Shown here: one piece after another, positions 55,507 through 64,000 of the stretch
Position numbering within the stretch: position 1 is the stretch's first letter
Layout: each line of letters begins with the position of its first letter
Assembly (NCBI GenBank): GCA_934792465.1
Contig: CAKVOK010000008.1
Coordinates: 3,206-67,205 of the forward strand
Direction of reading: 5' to 3'
DNA: 64,000 nucleotides
Origin: an uncultured Clostridia bacterium
GTDB taxonomy: Bacteria; Bacillota; Clostridia; RUG12999
The notes under the pieces: model-generated
The model's input: only the letters and a program-made list of their open reading frames with translations
Told to the model about the DNA's origin: nothing
Databases searched by the model: none
Made by a program: the position numbers and the translations under genes

Positions 55507-57066
55507 ATGAAAAAAGTGTATACGCTTGATACTACGCTTAGGGACGGAATGCAATCTGCCAAAATATCCTTTACGATTGAGGATAAAATCAAAATTATAA
55601 AATATCTTGACAGACTCGGGATAGACTATATAGAAGCGGGAAATCCTTATTCCAATATAAAAGATGCAGAGCTTTTTGAAAGACTTGCCTGTATTAAGCT
55701 GAAGCACTCGAGGATTGCCTCGTTCGGAAGCACGAGAAAAGTCGGCATAACGGCAGAAAAAGACCCCGGTTTGCGTGTGCTGAAAGAATGCAGCGCCGAA
55801 ACCGCCGTAATATTCGGAAAAGCATGGAAGCTGCATATAAAAGAAATTCTCGGAACAACGCCGGAGGAAAACCTTGCTATCATAAGAGAATCAATAGAGT
55901 ATTTATGCAAAAACGGAAAAAAAGTCATATTTGATGCCGAGCATTTTTTTGACGGATATAAAGCGGATAAAGAATATGCGATAAAGGTTATACGGACGGC
56001 GCACGAGGCAGGAGCGGAATATGTTGTCCTGTGCGATACGAACGGCGGAAGCTTTCCGGCGGAAATATACGAAATCGTATCGGAAATTACAAAAGAAACG
56101 GACGTACCTATAGGAATACATACGCATGACGATTCCGGAATGGCGGTAGCCTGCGGAATAGCGGCGGTGCAGGCCGGAGCAGTACATATCCAGGGAACAA
56201 TAAACGGCGTGGGCGAACGATGCGGAAACGCAAATCTTGCTACAATGATAGCAAATTTGCAGCTGAAAAAAGGGTATCAATTAATTCCGGAAGAAAGTAT
56301 GCCGACGCTTACGGAAACTGCAAGGGCAATCGCCGAAATCTCCAATATATCCACAACCGGACTGCCGTATATCAGCAAAAGCGCATTTTCTCACAAAGCC
56401 GGTATGCATATAGATGCAGTGATGAAAAATCCGGCTTCTTTCGAGCATATCGACCCGGAATGTGTTGGCAACAGCAGAAATATTCTGCTTTCCGAAATGT
56501 CCGGCAAGGCGGCGATTCTGCCGGCGATAAACAAAGTCGTGCCGGGAACAAAAAAAGATTCTCCCATAGTGGATATGATTTTGCGCAGACTGAAAGAGCT
56601 TGAATTTAAAGGCTATCAGTTTGAAGCGGCAAATGCTTCTTTGGATTTGGTAATAAGAAAAACTCTCGGAATATACAGGCCGTTTTTCGAGCTTGTAAAG
56701 TTCAAGGTTTTCGGCGAATATGACAACAGCGAAAGCAGTGCTTCCGCAATCGTTAAGATAATGGTCGGAAGCAGAGAAGAGCTCACGGCGGCAGACAGCA
56801 CGGAAGGTCCTGTCCATGCTATAGACACTGCGCTCAGAAAAGCTCTGTACGTCTTTTATCCGGAGCTTAAGGAAACGAAGCTTACGGACTATAAGGTTCG
56901 TGTGCTTAATTCCAGCGATACACGTTCTATGGTACGTGTTCTCATAGATACGCGAGATAATAACGATACATGGAGCAGCGTAGGTATATCGGCGGATATA
57001 ATCGAAGCGTCAAAAAATGCGCTTATGGAATCGCTTGAATATAAATTGATAAAAACCCGCGGATAA
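55507..57066 (+). CDS. cimA: Citramalate synthase (LeuA/CimA family, TIGR00977-like)
   Basis: YTLDTTLRDGMQSAKISFTIEDKIKI...LGIDYIEAGNP, HTHDDSGMAVA and a C-terminal LeuA-type regulatory domain. The length of about 520 aa and the GNP (rather than GFP) motif fit CimA better than LeuA. Confidence 0.7.
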   Translation: MKKVYTLDTTLRDGMQSAKISFTIEDKIKIIKYLDRLGIDYIEAGNPYSNIKDAELFERLACIKLKHSRIASFGSTRKVGITAEKDPGLRVLKECSAETAVIFGKAWKLHIKEILGTTPEENLAIIRESIEYLCKNGKKVIFDAEHFFDGYKADKEYAIKVIRTAHEAGAEYVVLCDTNGGSFPAEIYEIVSEITKETDVPIGIHTHDDSGMAVACGIAAVQAGAVHIQGTINGVGERCGNANLATMIANLQLKKGYQLIPEESMPTLTETARAIAEISNISTTGLPYISKSAFSHKAGMHIDAVMKNPASFEHIDPECVGNSRNILLSEMSGKAAILPAINKVVPGTKKDSPIVDMILRRLKELEFKGYQFEAANASLDLVIRKTLGIYRPFFELVKFKVFGEYDNSESSASAIVKIMVGSREELTAADSTEGPVHAIDTALRKALYVFYPELKETKLTDYKVRVLNSSDTRSMVRVLIDTRDNNDTWSSVGISADIIEASKNALMESLEYKLIKTRG

Positions 57067-57138
57067 TAATATCTGCGTCGGGATAAAATAACAAGGAAGA
57101 TCATATATGCCGTGCAAACGGCGGAAAAGGAGGCTATT

Positions 57139-58092
57139 ATGTCATACGATAAAAGAAAAATAGTTCTTATAGGAACGGGAATGGTGGGCATGAGCTTTGC
57201 ATATGCTCTGCTCAATCAGAGTGCCTGCGATGAGCTTGTACTTATCGATATAAACAAGGAACGTGCAATGGGCGAGGCTATGGATTTAAACCACGGTTTG
57301 GCATTTGCTACGTCGAGCATGAAGATATATTCGGGAGATTATCCCGACTGCTCCGATGCGGATATAGTCGTTATATGTGCCGGAGTTGCGCAGAAAGAGG
57401 GAGAAACAAGGCTCGACCTCCTGCAGCGGAATGCAAATGTGTTCAGCTCGATTGTAAAGCCTGTCGTTGCGTCCGGATTTGACGGAATTTTCCTCATTGC
57501 AACCAATCCTGTTGATATAATGACAAGAATTACGTGCCAGCTTTCGGGGTTCCCGTCAAACAGGGTAATAGGTTCGGGTACAACTCTTGATACGGCAAGA
57601 CTGCGTTATCTCGTCGGGGAATATCTGAGCGTAGACCCAAGAAACATCCATGCATACGTAATCGGTGAACACGGCGACAGCGAGTTTGTTCCGTGGTCAC
57701 AGGCGCTTGTTTCGACAAAACCGGTGCTTGCCGTGTGCGAGGAATCGGGCGGAAAATTCTGCAAAGCGGAGCTTGAAAAAATAAGCGAACAGGTGAGAAC
57801 CTCCGCATACACCATAATAAAAGCAAAATCCGCAACATACTACGGTATAGGAATGGCGCTCGTGCGAATAGTAAAAGCGATTTTGGGAGATGAAAGCAGC
57901 GTACTCACAATATCCGCAAGGCTGAAAGGCGAATACGGAAAGAGCGGCGTGTATGCCGGTGTTCCGTGCATTGTAAACAGAGAGGGAGCAAGAGAAATTC
58001 TTACACTTTCGCTGAATGACGATGAGCTTAAACAGTTCAGAGAATCCTGCGACATTTTGGAAGGATATTATTCCAAGCTTAAAGTTGAATAA
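57139..58092 (+). CDS. ldh: L-lactate dehydrogenase
   Basis: KIVLIGTGMVGMSFAYAL, DLNHG, ICAGVAQKEGETRLDLL, GSGTTLDTARLR and VIGEHGDSEFVPWS. AAAGGAGG RBS before the ATG at 57139. Confidence 0.9.
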   Translation: MSYDKRKIVLIGTGMVGMSFAYALLNQSACDELVLIDINKERAMGEAMDLNHGLAFATSSMKIYSGDYPDCSDADIVVICAGVAQKEGETRLDLLQRNANVFSSIVKPVVASGFDGIFLIATNPVDIMTRITCQLSGFPSNRVIGSGTTLDTARLRYLVGEYLSVDPRNIHAYVIGEHGDSEFVPWSQALVSTKPVLAVCEESGGKFCKAELEKISEQVRTSAYTIIKAKSATYYGIGMALVRIVKAILGDESSVLTISARLKGEYGKSGVYAGVPCIVNREGAREILTLSLNDDELKQFRESCDILEGYYSKLKVE

Positions 58093-58151
58093 ACGTGGCA
58101 TTATAAAAATGCACAGACTGCATAGAACACTATTTTTATAAAGACACTAAA

Positions 58152-58189
58152 GAGGGTGCCGCAAAACAAAATCGTTTTGCAGCACCCTC
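58152..58189. terminator. Bidirectional hairpin (copy 2 of the repeated 38-nt element) between ldh and prs
   Basis: GAGGGTGCCGCAAAAC pairs with GTTTTGCAGCACCCTC (one C-A mismatch). It is identical to 49103-49140 at 35 of 38 positions. Confidence 0.55.
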
Positions 58190-58201
58190 GAAATATATGC
58201 A

Positions 58202-59197
58202 TTATACGTTTTTAAGTTCTTTTGATTTCTGCTCCGGTTCAACGTACAGAGGACTTACGGATATATCTTCGTAAATTCTCGTTATTGCTTCCGCACATAT
58301 CGGAGCAACGGACAATACTTTGATGTTATCAAGCGTATGCTCTTTTGTAAGAGGTACGGTATCGAGAACAACAAGCTGTTCGATACACGAAGCTTTAAGT
58401 CTTTCTATTGCCGGTCCGGAAAGTACCGCATGAGTACAGCAAGCGTATACGGCTTTCGCACCGTTTTTCTTGAGTGCTTCCGCACCTACCGTAATAGTTC
58501 CGGCAGTATCTATCATATCATCAACCATGATACAATATTTGTCTTTAATATCACCTATAATGTTCATTACCTCAACAGCGTTCGGTTTCGGACGGCGTTT
58601 GTCAACAATTGCAAACGGAACGTTAAGTCTTTGAGCAAACTGTCTTGCTCTGCCTACGCTGCCGTGGTCGGGAGAAACGATTACAACGTCTTCCATGATG
58701 CTTTTAAGCTGATGCTTGAAATAATTCGCAAGAAGAGGAAGTCCGTATAAATGATCTACCGGAATGTTGAAAAATCCCTGAATCTGCGGTGCATGAAGGT
58801 CGAGAGTAAGCACTCTGTCTGCACCTGCCGCTGTGATTAAGTCAGCCACTAACTTGGCAGATATAGGATCACGCGCTTTGGCTTTTCTGTCCTGACGTGC
58901 GTAACCGAAATACGGGATTACCGCCGTAATGCGTGCGGCAGAAGCGCGCTTGAACGCATCAATCATAATCAGCAGTTCCATTATATTATCGTTTACAGGG
59001 CTACAAGTGGACTGCAGCACAAAAACCTCTGAACCTCTCACTGTTTCGTTAATGTTACAAAAAATCTCACCGTCGCTGAATGTCTTTACATCGGAATTTC
59101 CGAGAGGAATATTAAGCTTTGCAGCTATTTCCTTGGCAAGTTTTCTGTGTGAGTTCCCCGCAAAAAGTTTAATATTTTTTCCGTGGGTGGCCATCAT
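58202..59197 (-). CDS. prs: Ribose-phosphate pyrophosphokinase
   Basis: [37 protein letters not shown] and [15 protein letters not shown] precedes the ATG at 59197. The tabulated GTG at 59206 overlaps the RBS. Confidence 0.95.
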   Translation of the reverse strand: MMATHGKNIKLFAGNSHRKLAKEIAAKLNIPLGNSDVKTFSDGEIFCNINETVRGSEVFVLQSTCSPVNDNIMELLIMIDAFKRASAARITAVIPYFGYARQDRKAKARDPISAKLVADLITAAGADRVLTLDLHAPQIQGFFNIPVDHLYGLPLLANYFKHQLKSIMEDVVIVSPDHGSVGRARQFAQRLNVPFAIVDKRRPKPNAVEVMNIIGDIKDKYCIMVDDMIDTAGTITVGAEALKKNGAKAVYACCTHAVLSGPAIERLKASCIEQLVVLDTVPLTKEHTLDNIKVLSVAPICAEAITRIYEDISVSPLYVEPEQKSKELKNV

Positions 59198-59228
59198 CAG
59201 TATCACTCCTAATTAATTTGATACTTTT

Positions 59229-59257
59229 ATTATATACCTTAACTCATATAATGTCAA
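59229..59257 (-). promoter_or_regulatory. Sigma-A promoter of prs
   Basis: On the minus strand: TTGACA (59257-59252), 17 bp, TATAAT (59234-59229). Confidence 0.55.
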
Positions 59258-59288
59258 TACACTATATGCTTAAATTTATAAAAAAAAT

Positions 59289-60533
59289 TTATCTTTTTTT
59301 GTTGAATTGTTTTATTTCCGATAAATCCTTGTACAAATAAAGCGAACCGCAGATGATGATTAGAGCATTTTCGCACTTTGCGGCGGAAACGGCGTCCGCT
59401 ATATCGGGCATAGGCACGGCGCAGATTCCCGCATCGGCGGCTTTTTGCGCAAGCAAAGTTTCGTCCATGGCTCTCGGATTGTTTTTCACCTTAACCGTGT
59501 ACATTTTTTTAATACCCGTTTTTTTCAATATTTCAAGTTCGCATATCATATCCTTGTCCTTCATGCATGAGAAAATGAAAACCTTGTCGCGGTCTTTGAA
59601 ATATCTGTTCAGATTTTCCGCAAGCGCTTCCGCTCCGTCCGGATTGTGCGCACCGTCGTAAATTGTATTTTCGTCAAGCATTTCAAATCTCGCCGGATTT
59701 TTTGCCCGTTCTATACCGGAAGCTATATATTCCGGGTTTATACCGAGCCGCAGTGCCGTTTCGGCGGCAATACAAGCGTTTTCAATCTGATATATTCCGC
59801 ATAAACCCGATTTTAAATTTTTCAGATTTTTATATGAAAATATTTCGTGACAGCCGTCATGCACGTCCGGGGATGGATAGTCAACGGTGTATAATTCGTT
59901 TCCTTTTAGGTCAGCCGCTTGCTTTAATACGTCGTAAACCTCTTTATGCTGCAAAGTTGTAACGCAAAAACCGCCTTTTTTTATTATTCCCGCTTTTGCA
60001 CGGGCAATGTCCGTAATGGTATTTCCCAAATAATCTGTGTGGTCCATACTTATTTTCGTTATAACGGAACACATATTTGTATCTATTATGTTTGTTGCGT
60101 CCTTTTCGCCGCCAAGACCTGTTTCGAGAACTACGATTCCGCAGCCGCAGCGGTAAAAATATAAAAATGCGGCAGCTGTCCAAATTTCAAATTGAGTCGG
60201 CGAAATATCTTTCGGAAGTTTTGCGCAGTACGTTTCCATTTCGTGCAGAAGATTTTCCATTTCCGTTTCGGAAATGTTTTTGCCGTCTACGGAAATTCTT
60301 TCGCATACAGAGATTAGATTCGGCGAGGTGTATTTGCCGGTCTTGATTCCCGAAGCCGTCAGAATTTCTTGCAAATATGTGCAGACAGAACCTTTGCCGT
60401 TTGTGCCGGCAATATGAATGAACTTAAGATTTTTCTGCGGATTTTTCATTACTTCAAGCAATGCACGTATTGATTCGAGTCCGGGCTTGGCGATTGCCTG
60501 AAAGCTGTTTGCGAATTTTTTAAAATTGTCCAA
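59289..60533 (-). CDS. folC: Bifunctional folylpolyglutamate synthase / dihydrofolate synthase
   Basis: Mur-ligase fold HIAGTNGKGS, LETGLGGEKDATN and DGAHNPDGAEAL. Its start overlaps the folT stop. Confidence 0.9.
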   Translation of the reverse strand: MDNFKKFANSFQAIAKPGLESIRALLEVMKNPQKNLKFIHIAGTNGKGSVCTYLQEILTASGIKTGKYTSPNLISVCERISVDGKNISETEMENLLHEMETYCAKLPKDISPTQFEIWTAAAFLYFYRCGCGIVVLETGLGGEKDATNIIDTNMCSVITKISMDHTDYLGNTITDIARAKAGIIKKGGFCVTTLQHKEVYDVLKQAADLKGNELYTVDYPSPDVHDGCHEIFSYKNLKNLKSGLCGIYQIENACIAAETALRLGINPEYIASGIERAKNPARFEMLDENTIYDGAHNPDGAEALAENLNRYFKDRDKVFIFSCMKDKDMICELEILKKTGIKKMYTVKVKNNPRAMDETLLAQKAADAGICAVPMPDIADAVSAAKCENALIIICGSLYLYKDLSEIKQFNKKR

Positions 60534-61035
60534 TTTTTTTCGCCGCCTTTCTCAGCGCATTGTTTTTACTTAAAACGGAAAGCAGTACAATCTGTATTCC
60601 GGTGTTTAAAATTGCCGTCGGCAGACGTGTCAGCACCGCTGCCGAATATTTGTCGCCGAAAAAGCCTTTTAAAACATATGATGTGCCGAACAAATTGATA
60701 ATCAGCATCTGTATTGCCGCACATATAACGATTTTGAGTATGCTCATGTCTTTTTTGTAAAACATTATTCCGAAAATAAATCCGTAAACAAATTCGATTG
60801 CGCTTACCTGCGGAAGAAACGAAGCCGTCGGACTTAAGAAAAATGCTATGATGTCGGATAATAACCCGACCAAACCGCCGACAATCGGACCGAAAAGATA
60901 TGCGGACATAAACACGGTAACGAATTTGAACGTTATCTTAATACCTCCGCCGATTCGCACCGTCAGATATGCTCCGAGGACGACACTTACCGCTATTAAC
61001 ATGGATACAGTACAAAGTTTCTTGATTTTAGACAT
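60520..61035 (-). CDS. folT: Folate-family ECF transporter S component
   Basis: 171-aa, 5-6 TM protein (...ITFKFVTVFMSAYLFGPIVGGLVGLLSDIIAFF...). It is preceded by a THF riboswitch and followed by folC. Confidence 0.7.
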   Translation of the reverse strand: MSKIKKLCTVSMLIAVSVVLGAYLTVRIGGGIKITFKFVTVFMSAYLFGPIVGGLVGLLSDIIAFFLSPTASFLPQVSAIEFVYGFIFGIMFYKKDMSILKIVICAAIQMLIINLFGTSYVLKGFFGDKYSAAVLTRLPTAILNTGIQIVLLSVLSKNNALRKAAKKIGQF

Positions 61036-61116
61036 AAAAAAACTCCTTCTTGTCTTAAAATTTTAAGCAACGTATATACAAAGACTAAAGGATATAAAAA
61101 ATTATTTAGTTTTTGC

Positions 61117-61215
61117 AGCAACGGAATGCAAAACAAACACCGCAAACTTTCGTTTTTCGTAAAAGAGACAACTTCCCGTCCTCTTTTCACTTAACGCATT
61201 TGTTTCTACTTTGCT
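61117..61215 (-). promoter_or_regulatory. THF (tetrahydrofolate, folT-motif) riboswitch aptamer
   Basis: The minus-strand RNA AGCAAAGUAGAAACAAAUGCGUUAAGUGAAAAGAGGACGGGAAGUUGUCUCUUUUACGAAAAACGAAAGUUUGCGGUGUUUGUUUUGCAUUCCGUUGCU contains the conserved AGUAG, GCGUUAAGUG, GGGA.GU, ACGAA, GCGGUG and UGCAU.CCG blocks. Pairing is covariant at P1 (AGCAA/UUGCU) and P2 (AAACAAA/UUUGUUU). Confidence 0.8.
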
Positions 61216-61225
61216 TTATAGTACA

Positions 61226-61254
61226 ATTATAGCCCTTTTTTAGGGCAAAGTCAA
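61226..61254 (-). promoter_or_regulatory. Sigma-A promoter of the riboswitch-folT-folC transcript
   Basis: On the minus strand: TTGACT (61254-61249), 17 bp, TATAAT (61231-61226). The predicted TSS is a few nt upstream of aptamer P1. Confidence 0.6.
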
Positions 61255-61293
61255 CAAAAAAATCAAAAATCTTCCTTATGCACAAAAAAAGTA

Positions 61294-61322
61294 TTGATTT
61301 TAATTTGAAAATATGGTATAAT
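61294..61322 (+). promoter_or_regulatory. Sigma-A promoter of the amino-acid ABC transporter operon
   Basis: TTGATT (61294-61299), 17 bp, TATAAT (61317-61322), with an extended TG. Confidence 0.55.
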
Positions 61323-61367
61323 ATACATATGTCTATATAAAATATATTTGAAAGGGAGACTTTTAAA

Positions 61368-62159
61368 ATGAAAAAATTAACGGCATTGTTACTTACATTG
61401 GTAGTAGGTATGTCTTTTGCAGGCTGCGGAAACAAAAACGTCGCACCGGCAGAAAACGGAAAAACGGACAACAAAACCGAAAGCAAAAAATATGTTATTG
61501 CTACGGACAAAGGATTCAGCCCGTTTGAATTCCAGGACGAAAAAGGAAATATCATAGGTATTGATATGGATATTCTTGCCGAAGTTGCAAAAGACCAGGG
61601 ATTTGAATACGAGATTCAGTATGTCGGCTGGGACGCAGCTATTGCAGCTTGTCAGGCAGGTCAGGCAGACGCTATGATTGCCGGTGCATCAATTACGGAT
61701 GAAAGAAAAAATTCCGGCTGGACATTCTCCGACGGTTACTATGATGCAACACAGGGGATGGCTGTCGAAAAAAATTCTTCGATTAAAGGGTTTGAAGATT
61801 TAAAAGGTCAGAAAGTTGCTGTTAAAAACGGAACAATGAGCAACAATTATGCCGAAAGCATCAAAGATAAATACGGCTTTGAGGTTGTTACCTTCTCGAC
61901 ATCGCCGGATATGTATCAGGCAGTTCTCGGCGGACAGGTTGCGGCTTGTATAGACGATACGCCGATACTCAAATATAATATTAAAATCGGCGAGCTTGCC
62001 ATGAAATTCGTAGACGGTACGGAAAACGAGCCGGCACAGTACGGTATGGCAATATTCAACAGCGACAAGCAGGAAATTCTGGACACTTTCAACAAAGGTC
62101 TTAAAAACATTAAAGAAAACGGCAAATATGATGAAATAATCAAAAAATACCTCGGCTAA
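61368..62159 (+). CDS. Polar amino acid ABC transporter substrate-binding lipoprotein
   Basis: Lipobox SFAGCGN. Family-3 SBP motifs (KYVIATDKGFSPFEF, GIDMDIL, GWDAAIAACQAGQADAMIAGASIT). Confidence 0.85.
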   Translation: MKKLTALLLTLVVGMSFAGCGNKNVAPAENGKTDNKTESKKYVIATDKGFSPFEFQDEKGNIIGIDMDILAEVAKDQGFEYEIQYVGWDAAIAACQAGQADAMIAGASITDERKNSGWTFSDGYYDATQGMAVEKNSSIKGFEDLKGQKVAVKNGTMSNNYAESIKDKYGFEVVTFSTSPDMYQAVLGGQVAACIDDTPILKYNIKIGELAMKFVDGTENEPAQYGMAIFNSDKQEILDTFNKGLKNIKENGKYDEIIKKYLG

Positions 62160-62319
62160 TTATTTCATAAGTAAATAGACCGCAGGGGGCTGCGGCGGAA
62201 TGACTTTTTCGCTGCACGCCCTTGCGGAATGTTTGCGGCTCTTATCCCCGTAATGCCCTGCGATAAGAGATAACAATATACATCGGCTCTGCAGGGCGGC
62301 AGAATGGAGTTTTCTAACT

Positions 62320-62985
62320 ATGAACCAGCTTATAACTACATACGGTGCATTGCTTATGACTGCAATGGGTCAGACTTTGCTGCTGGCACTGTGGGGTCTT
62401 GCGTTCGGCTGCGTTTTCGGAATATTTTTCGGCTTGCTAAGCGTTGTGGATAATAAGTTTTGTCATGCGATTTCTCTTATATATGTAAATATCATAAGGG
62501 GTGTGCCTATGATAGTTCTTGCGTTTTTCGTATTTTACGGATTGCCATACGGATTGAAAGCCTTAGGAATAAAAACAACGTTTTCGGCACTTCAGGCAGG
62601 AACAATATGTCTTTCGCTCAACTGTGGTGCATATATGGCAGAAATTATCCGCGCCGGCATACAGTCTATAGATCCGGGGCAGATGGAAGCGGCACGCAGT
62701 CTCGGACTTCCGTACTGGAAATCAATGTTCAGAGTTGTTTTTCCTCAAGCGATTAAAAATATGATTCCGAGCATAGTAAATCAGTTTATTATAACGCTTA
62801 AAGATACGTCAATACTTTCGTGTATAGGTTTCCCGGAGCTTGTAAACAAGGCGCAGAATGTTATTGCCATTACGTTTAAATCCTTTCAGATGTGGACTAT
62901 CGTTGCAATTATGTACCTTGTGGTAATTCTTGCTCTCCAGCAGATTGCAAATGCGTTGGAAAGGAGATTGAAACATGGCAGATAA
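62320..62985 (+). CDS. Polar amino acid ABC transporter permease (HisM/GlnP family)
   Basis: EAA loop [28 protein letters not shown] in a 5-TM protein. Confidence 0.9.
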   Translation: MNQLITTYGALLMTAMGQTLLLALWGLAFGCVFGIFFGLLSVVDNKFCHAISLIYVNIIRGVPMIVLAFFVFYGLPYGLKALGIKTTFSALQAGTICLSLNCGAYMAEIIRAGIQSIDPGQMEAARSLGLPYWKSMFRVVFPQAIKNMIPSIVNQFIITLKDTSILSCIGFPELVNKAQNVIAITFKSFQMWTIVAIMYLVVILALQQIANALERRLKHGR

Positions 62986-63712
62986 TATTAAAATCAGCGT
63001 GCAGGGACTTAATAAAAAGTTCGGACACAATGAAGTAATAAAGAATATTTCAACCGAAATCCGCGAGGGAGAAGTGGTTGTTATAATAGGTCCGTCCGGT
63101 TCGGGCAAATCTACGTTTTTGAGATGCATGAACCGTCTTGAAAGTATCTCGGGCGGAAAAATAATCGTTGACGGATATGATATTTCGGATAAGAAAATAA
63201 ATATTAATAAGGTGCGTGAAAACGTAGGCATGGTTTTCCAGCATTTCAATTTGTTTAATAATCTGAATGTTATAAAGAACCTTATGCTTGCGCCCGTGGA
63301 TTTGAAAAAAGCCACGAAAGAGGAAGCACGAAAACAGGCAATGCATATGCTTGAAAAGGTAGGGCTTGCCGATAAGGCGGAAGCGTATCCGTCGCAGCTT
63401 TCCGGAGGACAGAAGCAGAGAGTTGCGATAGCGAGAGCGCTTTGTATGAATCCCGATATTATGCTTTTCGACGAACCGACTTCGGCGCTTGACCCGGAAA
63501 TGGTCGGCGAGGTTTTGCAGGTTATGAAACAGCTTGCGGCAGACGGAATGACAATGGTTATCGTTACGCACGAAATGGGATTCGCTCGTGAGGTGGCAGA
63601 CAGAGTTATATTCATTGATGAGGGAATTATAATGGAAGAGGGAACACCGGAAGAGGTATTCCAGCATACGAAAAACCCCCGTGCGATAGACTTTTTGAAT
63701 AAAGTATTGTAA
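62975..63712 (+). CDS. Polar amino acid ABC transporter ATP-binding protein (GlnQ-like)
   Basis: Walker [11 protein letters not shown]-loop, signature [15 protein letters not shown], Walker [12 protein letters not shown] and H-loop VTHEM. Confidence 0.95.
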   Translation: MADNIKISVQGLNKKFGHNEVIKNISTEIREGEVVVIIGPSGSGKSTFLRCMNRLESISGGKIIVDGYDISDKKININKVRENVGMVFQHFNLFNNLNVIKNLMLAPVDLKKATKEEARKQAMHMLEKVGLADKAEAYPSQLSGGQKQRVAIARALCMNPDIMLFDEPTSALDPEMVGEVLQVMKQLAADGMTMVIVTHEMGFAREVADRVIFIDEGIIMEEGTPEEVFQHTKNPRAIDFLNKVL

Positions 63713-63750
63713 ATGCATAACACCGATTGAATAAAATTTTATAAAAAAAT

Positions 63751-63792
63751 ACCGCAGAATGATTTTTCAATCACGCTGCGGTTTATTTTTTT
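63751..63792. terminator. Bidirectional rho-independent terminator between the ABC ATPase and the symporter gene
   Basis: ACCGCAGAATGATT pairs with AATCACGCTGCGGT (7 + 5 bp with a 2x2 internal loop). It is followed by TTTATTTTTTT and preceded by an A-run. Confidence 0.65.
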
Positions 63793-63800
63793 GTACTTTT

Positions 63801-64000
63801 TTAATTTTTGCAGATACGGCAAACTTCTTCAAATTCATCCGTAATTTCTTTTTCCGGAGCTTTTGTCAAAAGGCTTACAACAACGATTGCGATGCAAGCG
63901 AATATGAATGCCGGTAAAAGCTCATATATTGCGAATATACCGCCGAGTTTTGCTGCGATTATGTATTTCCAAACGAATACCATGATTCCGCCGGCAAGCA
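63801..64000 (-). CDS. 3' end of a sodium:solute (PutP-like) symporter gene (5' part outside window)
   Basis: The frame is open to the window edge. The hydrophobic C-terminal TM helices end in a charged tail (...LTKAPEKEITDEFEEV...), which is reminiscent of SSF-family symporters. The assignment is weak. Confidence 0.4.
   Translation of the reverse strand, partial: LAGGIMVFVWKYIIAAKLGGIFAIYELLPAFIFACIAIVVVSLLTKAPEKEITDEFEEVCRICKN

Noticed and set aside
55203-55592. 129-aa ORF upstream of ilvB.
   Set aside because: Only the last 25 codons follow a strong SD and sit downstream of the predicted promoter. The upstream part runs through the AT-rich divergent promoter region. I kept only the 25-aa leader ORF.
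62809-63723. 304-aa ORF antisense to the ABC ATPase gene. Similar long antisense ORFs occur at 44411-45223 (opposite trmD), 5544-6335 (opposite PBP2), 53640-54521 (opposite ilvB), 38100-38909 and 1421-1987.
   Set aside because: Each lies entirely inside a gene with unmistakable family motifs on the other strand. Each has low-complexity or Cys/Arg/Phe-rich composition and lacks a plausible RBS. These are shadow ORFs.

Overview
This is a 64-kb chromosomal segment with no rRNA, tRNA, CRISPR array, transposase or integrase that I could find. Gene content points to a moderately low-GC, anaerobic, spore-forming Firmicute of the Clostridia type, based on pro-sigma-K, class III RNR nrdDG, SLH-anchored surface proteins and mre/min genes.

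Gene order:
- (1) Cell-shape and division cluster: U32-peptidase tail, Gx transporter, maf, mreB, NusG-II protein, mreC, mreD, PBP2, minCDE, mgsA.
- (2) A divergent pair made of a TIGR03916/TIGR03915 radical-SAM DNA repair operon, preceded by two LexA (Cheo) boxes, and a two-gene operon. That operon encodes an 1100-aa Upf1/DNA2-like SF1 helicase translationally coupled to a 518-aa protein with a wHTH and a degenerate PLD-like region. This operon is my top candidate for an undescribed system, possibly defence or DNA surveillance.
- (3) rimI and tmcAL.
- (4) A Gram-positive polysaccharide-utilisation-like locus of about 26 kb: a GH78 rhamnosidase with an anti-SD leader, an LplABC-type ABC importer, a membrane AraC sensor and an orphan SBP. 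It also holds seven secreted or cell-surface proteins built from a reshuffled LamG-like module, Big_5 Ig domains, a duplicated beta-propeller-like core, SLH triplets and copper-amine-oxidase-like stalk domains.
- (5) sigK, trmD, a crp/fnr regulator, and nrdD-nrdG-dut behind tandem NrdR boxes.
- (6) ilvB-ilvN-ilvC-ilvD-azlC-azlD behind a candidate Val/Leu-rich leader-peptide attenuator, divergent from cimA-ldh.
- (7) prs, and folT-folC behind a THF riboswitch.
- (8) An amino-acid ABC transporter and the 3' end of a Na+/solute symporter.

All calls rest on motif and family recognition by eye. No searches were run.
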